The notes beneath the pieces are model-generated. The model was not told the DNA's origin. It saw only the letters and a list, made by a program, of their open reading frames with translations, and searched no databases. A program made the position numbers and the translations under genes. Positions 58,401 through 64,000 of a stretch of DNA of 64,000 nucleotides are shown piece by piece. Position 1 is the stretch's first letter; each line of letters opens with the position of its first letter. Origin of the DNA: Takakia lepidozioides. Taxonomy: Eukaryota; Plantae; Bryophyta. The DNA lies in contig CM060732.1 of assembly GCA_030704615.1 (NCBI GenBank), positions 2,728,001 through 2,792,000 on the forward strand, written 5' to 3'.

Positions 58401-61400
58401 ATCAATTCCTGGAGATTGGTTGGAGTCTCCCCTATGCCTGCGAAGTCATCGGCAAACATAAGGGCTGGTATGGTGGTATCACCCACCCTTAACCCAAATC
58501 CCTCACTTTCCACATCCTCGAGGAGTTGATTGATGAAAACATTGAAGAGTAGAGGGGAGAGAGTACATCCTTGAGCTACACCTTGGTCTATGTCAAAGAA
58601 GTTGGACTTATGTCCGTTAACAGTGACACAGCTTTGGGTGTGAGCATACAAGTTGTGGACAACTCTCCACACTGTGTCATAAGCCTTTTTGACAATGACC
58701 TCCTCATTGTGGAATTTTTCTATGCGCCACTTCCGAATCGAACGTTTCACAGATCTCTTGGTGGTGGGAAAACACCTTTTGATCTCAGTCCAAACCAGGA
58801 AGTGGTCAGAGGTACCAATATCAGTTCTGTCGATCAACACATTGGCACACTGGGGGAACAAAATTTTGTCCATTATGATATAGTCCACAATGGAATGTTC
58901 CCCAGTTTGGGATTTCTCACGAGTCCACTGCACTTGGTCACCTCTTGTCCTGTTATTCAAGGTCAAAAGCTGAAGCTCTTCTAGACAGTCAATTAACCGT
59001 CTGCCATTAGAATTCAGCTCGTCCTCACCAAAAGGTCCAATGATATCGTCCTGATGGATCCCTTTGCCCACCCGGGCATTGAAGTCCCCCAATAGTACCA
59101 CCTGACCTTTGGCAAGGAACGAAGCACAGTCCAGCTTTACATCTTCGAAGGCCTTGTCTGCGTCAGCACTAAGGGTCCCCTCTGTGGGCATGTAAACACA
59201 ACCAACAAAGAGGTCCTTTGTACTCATGTCGCCCTTCAAATTCAGTTTTAGCCAGATACTATGCTCGTACCTCAAACCCTTGTTGATAATTTCACAATTG
59301 TCAAACAAGAAATCACGGACAAAGAATCCGACCCCTTTTTGACCGCGTTTGGCAGAGGCTGCCTTGAGAGTACACATTTTACCTGCCCATTTATAACCAA
59401 TGACATCTCCAACCAGTTTATCCGACGTTTCCCATGTTTCTTGCCCAGCACAGATATGAATATCATTAGTCCGAAGAACTTGTCCCACTTCAAGTTGTTG
59501 CCTTTGGTTGGTCAACCCTGAGAAGTTGAAAGTGGCCAGCCGCAAGCCAGCCCTTTGCGTGTGAATTGTTTGTCGTCTAGGTAGCTTGTGATTGCTCCTG
59601 GACGGCCAACCGTTCTGCAAAGGGGGGACAGTTACCCATGTGTAGATTTTGCTCGTCTTGTGTAAACTTTGAGAATTGGTAAGCCATTCAGGGTACCAAA
59701 TCTTTCAGTTACACGATGCACAGGCTCCGCACACATAGGGGCAGATTTTCCGTCAGACTGCTTGGGGACAATTACCCCATGTATAGATTTTGCTCGTCTT
59801 GTGTAGACTTTGAGGATTGGTAAACCATTTAGAGTACCAAATCCTTCAGTTACACGACGTTCAGGCTCTGCACACTTAGGTACATATTGTCCATCTGACG
59901 GCTTGGGGACAATTACCCCATGTATAGAATTTGTTCGTCTTGTGTAAACCTTGAGGATTGGTAAACCATTCAGAGTACCAAATCCTTCAGATTCAGGACG
60001 TTCAGGTTCCGTACACTTAGGGGCATCTTGTCCTTCTGGCTTTTTGGATTCAACCTCATCCAGAGCATCAAACCGATTAGAAACTCTCAAGTTGAAGTTG
60101 TTGCCCTTGGTTGTCTTCCTAGAGCGCCCCATTGAATCACCAATGTCTAAGACCGCTCTCCAGCCAGTCAAGGGACGAACTTCTTTGAGATTGAATTGAT
60201 GCGGGACTCTATTAGAAGCACTTTTGGTCATTGCAACCTTCAACGTACCCCTGTTATCAAGTCTCGAGATGGTACCATTAGCCATGAAATCCAAGCCTAA
60301 GCTAGAGCATGTAGTTTTAAAGGACACATTGTCCATCCTGGGATTCACCCCAAAAACTACACATGAAGCCCCAGATTTGGCATAAGTAACCAATTCCCAG
60401 GGATCACCCTGAGGAGTGTTGATGTTGATAGGAGCTAAATTTTTGATTGTTTTCGCAGGCCATAAGTTTAAGCACAGGAACCAACCCGAGCCCAAGTGCC
60501 GAGTATGCTAGACAGAGCATACGACTGCCCAATTTGGGCGGAGGGGCTGCCCCCAAGCGGTAGGAGTCCGCTTGTTACCATTCAGAGATCACACTCCAGG
60601 GAGTTGCAGGGAATGGCCCGTATAGGCATATTCTAAAGAGGGAAAGGCCCCAAGCTTTCCAACTAAATCCAATGCACTACCTTACCTGAAGCAAAGCGCT
60701 TCAGGTCGAAACAAACAAGGACACGAGGTCACAAGGCCGGCATTTAGTCACAGAGACATTAATGTACTCCCGTTTCAAGTCCACCCAATGTCAATAGGCT
60801 TCCTAGAGGACAGGGAGAGAGGTGAGAAAGAGAGAGAGAGAGCGAGAGAAAAAAACTTCACAGCATCCATGGGGCCAGAAAGATCACTTGTGAGGATTCT
60901 AAGCTCCACATGGACAGAGCAAACCCCATGTATGCCTCACACCAGTTTCTACAGCTGAGCTAAAACAGAGGTGCCGGGTCTCCCCAGCTGAGCTGTATTA
61001 TTGCCACCCCCAAATCCCCTTCAACCTTACCAAAAAGATATTATTATATCACACAGACAGGAGCAGGGTGAGAGGGAGTGTTCCTTGAACTATAACAGGG
61101 ACATACCTGTATTCAGAACCATCAGCCAAGAAGGCCCCATAACTCCCAATAGATGCAGCCACAAGTGCGCGATGGTACTTTCCTACTTCTGCATACCCAA
61201 AGCAAATAAGTTCCTGATAATGGTCCCAAAAGCGGTCCCGTTCCGCACATGCAAAGGTGACACTCTTGCGCAGTAAAGCCTCTCCTTCCTCCCGAGATAA
61301 CCCTCTGGCTTCAAATCCCTGTAGAGTTGCCTGTGGCAATGCAAGGAGGGTAAAAGACAGTATTTCAGCACTCTCCCACAGCAAATTCAAAGCATGATAT

Positions 61401-62661
61401 GTCTTTTCAGTATGGATATGATCATTTCTTGCTTGATTCAGAGTAAATGAATCCATCTTTACAATGTTTTAGGGACCTGCCTAATTAAACAAGGATGACA
61501 GTTTTTGTGTAGGAGATAAAATCAACCCATCAAAACACTGCCTGTGTAAGAATGCTACAAAGCTGTATTTTTGGTGCGGGGTGCCTATGTTGTCCACTAG
61601 AGCCAACTTTCGGTGAGTGGTAATTCAAAATTTCGTGGAAGGCAAGCAAGTCGCAGACCTGATATGAAGCTGTTACCAAAACCTCTGCCCCTGCTTCAAG
61701 ATATTCCTTGTGCACCTGCAATCCAATAAATGTATGACCAACTGCAGCACATGAGACACTCATCCTTACCGGCGAAGTTATTCTTCTCTAAACCTCTTGC
61801 ACACGAATCACGCTCCCCCTGTGTGATGGACGAACTGGTCAAAAGTTCGCTCAACTGCACTCAATGCATGCTCAGTCTTTCTTCCAACTCTGCCGATATA
61901 CTTACAAGTTGGTCTGACATTTGAAGTTCTGAGTGGCCTTACTGTAGTTTCAGGAAGATCGGGATTCGGATTTGGATTCGAAGGTTCAAAGCCCAGCGAG
62001 AATGTCAATCCTAGTACTAGTCCGAATCCGAGATAGTTTAAACCACACGGTGAAACCCGAAAAGAGTGTCCGCATTGCAACATTCCTCAACAATGATGGA
62101 GAACAAGCGTTGAATGCTTCTCTATTGATTACAATACGTTTTTATGAAATGCAGGTGAGAATTTTTTCGCGGAATCTCCGTTCGTGACATTGACTTCGAA
62201 TTCTCAAAAACCGTACAGCGTAGCTCAAGCACTTACATCTACGAGAAGTATTTTCACCGCCAAAGTGATCAAACAACCAGCCATTAGTCTCCACCATATT
62301 GCAATCACTTCAAAGGCAATGCAGACTTCACGGACAGCATTCGACGACACCATAGAATATACATCGGATGAGTCCTAATTCTTTTCCTTACCTTGTTATG
62401 CAATATATGAATGAGGAAGACGCACATGAGTGCAAAATGTAGGAACTAATAAAACACCTTGCGTATGAGATCTGGCAAGGTGATCAAACACAGAGCGCTC
62501 CACAGGGGGTCCTTGATGTCTGCTCCGTGGCGTTCCAGCTGCGTTGCCAGCCCTCCATCAATAGCAACACAACCTCCTGCCCGCCTCAGCATCTCATCAA
62601 TCTTTTTAAAGGCTTCCGGCTCCTCCGTTGACTCTTCGTCAAGCTGCAGCGTCCGTCCCAT
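55405..62661 (-). CDS. HMT: Homocysteine S-methyltransferase, 7 exons
   Basis: Exons 62661-62458, 61715-61659, 61330-61107, 56924-56795, 56678-56475, 55975-55904 and 55563-55405, all with GT-AG introns. Motifs IDGGLATQLE, LWSA, ASIGSYGA.LADGSEY, LETIP, GINC, YPNSGE, IGGCCRTTP. Confidence 0.95.
57105..60820 (-). mobile_element. Near full-length two-ORF LINE (RTE/RTEX-like) in HMT intron 3, with internal RT deletions
   Basis: TSD GGTGAGAAAGAGAG (57091-57104 and 60821-60834); ORF1 59632-60495; APE endonuclease (GQETW, LLGDFNARVG, VDYI, SDH) and RT pieces in 58355-59620; 3' end near-identical to 42860-44418. Confidence 0.92.
59632..60030 (-). repeat. 141-bp (47-aa) triple repeat at the end of LINE ORF1
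   Basis: FGTLNGLPILKVYTRR x3; anchors at 59679, 59820 and 59961. Confidence 0.9.
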
Positions 62662-63704
62662 TTTCGATCCCCCTTCTCTCCCCCTCTCTCTTCCCTCTCT
62701 TCTCTCCCTGTCTCTCCAAATAACCGATCACGGCTCCTCCAATGTCTTAACCTCCGCAATCCCTCAAATGATCCACGACAAACCGGATCTCTCTTGCACC
62801 TTTACAGCTCCTCCAGAGATGCAAACAGGCGACCAGCGCAACTGTGGGCGCGCCAAGTTCATGCTAAAGCGAACAACAACGGTCTCTCTTGTGCACCCCT
62901 ATTTATCCCATATCCTTTGCCCATTTTCGTGCTCCCCGTCGTGGACCTATCGCTGTAGACGACCACGGGCTAGTCTGCTGTCTGACTTCGGACGGGCTCC
63001 CCCTTTTGCATTAAACTATGCTCTGAACAGCTGTAACTACTTTCTGTCCGAAGACGGTGCTTTCTAAAGTACTCTACTTTCTTCATTGTTTAAGGTCTGA
63101 TAGTTATCATCCATCCCTTCGTTCATTCATTGATGCTTCTTCGCGGGAAAGTGTACCAGAATTTGATCAGTGCCAGATGCATGCATCTGGATAAAGGGTA
63201 CTTATTGAATTCTTTCTTTTCTTTTCTTTTAAATACACAAGAGGGACGGAGGCCTCATGAACTTTATATAAATAGGACTTAAAATGTCCATGAGATACAA
63301 AGAGGAAAAAATAACCTCTATAAAAAGTGCCATGCAGGCTGATTCAGGAAGACACTTGCTTCGGGAAAGGGAAGACGAGAAAGAAAGGTTGTAAGGTAGA
63401 AACACCTAAAATGGAGCATATCCCAAAACGGATCCCTAGAAAAATACACAAAACTGACCATATGTCATCTCTAAAAGGTGCTTTGATCACAAGTGGTCTA
63501 GATTAGGTCATGTGGTGGGCCACAATGGAACTCCAATGAACCCTTTTAACCCATACATGATCATGATGACACCACTTAATGGACAAGTTAATAACCACCG
63601 GCGCGCACTTTGAGAGAAGTATCAAGTCATGAATGAGTTGAGACGGGAAGAATTAATCCAAACATGTAGGAGAGGGGATCACATTCCGTAAGTTAATCAA
63701 TGAT

Positions 63705-63896
63705 CCCGATTGCAGTATCACCTTTATATGTGTATGTGTTCTCTCTGCATGCAGCCACACTGGCCTACTGAATGAAGGAAGACGCTACTGGTGGAGGTCC
63801 TTCTTGGACGTGTGGGACAACCGGATGAGGCAGTGGACCTGATTAATAAAATGCCAATCAATCCAGATGTTGTGGTGTGGAAGGCCTTGCTTGGTG
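63705..63896 (+). pseudogene. PLS-class PPR gene fragment
   Basis: PD..ITF...VLSACSHTGLLNEGRRY, then in another frame LLGRVGQPDEAVDLINKMPINPDVVVWKALLG. Confidence 0.7.
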
Positions 63897-64000
63897 AACT
63901 CTGGATACATGTGACTGATCTGCTCCGATGGGCTAGGGACTGCCTTACCTGGTGGCCACGCCATCTGGCCTGGATCATCACGGTAGCAATTGCCATAACC
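63897..64000 (-). other. IQ calmodulin-binding motif fragment, continuing beyond the window
   Basis: ATVMIQARWRGHQVR...SVTCIQS. Confidence 0.5.

Overview
Eukaryotic, plant-type DNA: spliceosomal introns, tRNA-iMet-primed LTR elements, CACTA and Mutator ends, and a PLS-PPR remnant. A non-seed land plant is plausible, but the species cannot be determined from this window. Bases 1-41,000 are a nest of decayed transposons: a Mutator-like transposase with a GCM-like N-terminal zinc domain and a C-terminal SWIM finger, two Ty3/gypsy gag fragments, two CACTA right arms, a complete but defective chromovirus (28217-35195, TSD TCGCG), a Copia remnant carrying a non-autonomous MULE, and an L1 fragment. 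Bases 41,900-62,700 hold three host genes. Two are head-to-head paralogues built on pogo/CENP-B-type HTH domains without a DDE domain, and the third is a 7-exon homocysteine S-methyltransferase. One (CT)n-tailed LINE family has invaded introns of one paralogue and of the methyltransferase. The most notable system is at the left end. A CRISPR-like array of 20 copies of a 24-bp palindrome with 29-bp spacers (exact 53-bp phase) lies between the GCM-type Mutator transposase and a divergently oriented ParB/Srx-motif (DGNHR) gene. About 10 kb away is an intron-containing, bacterial-style beta-class N4/N6 DNA methyltransferase fragment. These may belong to one family of MULEs carrying ParB-methyltransferase cargo and a phased binding array; that link is inferred, and all the ORFs involved carry inactivating mutations. 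All domain calls are from motif recognition by eye; no searches were run.
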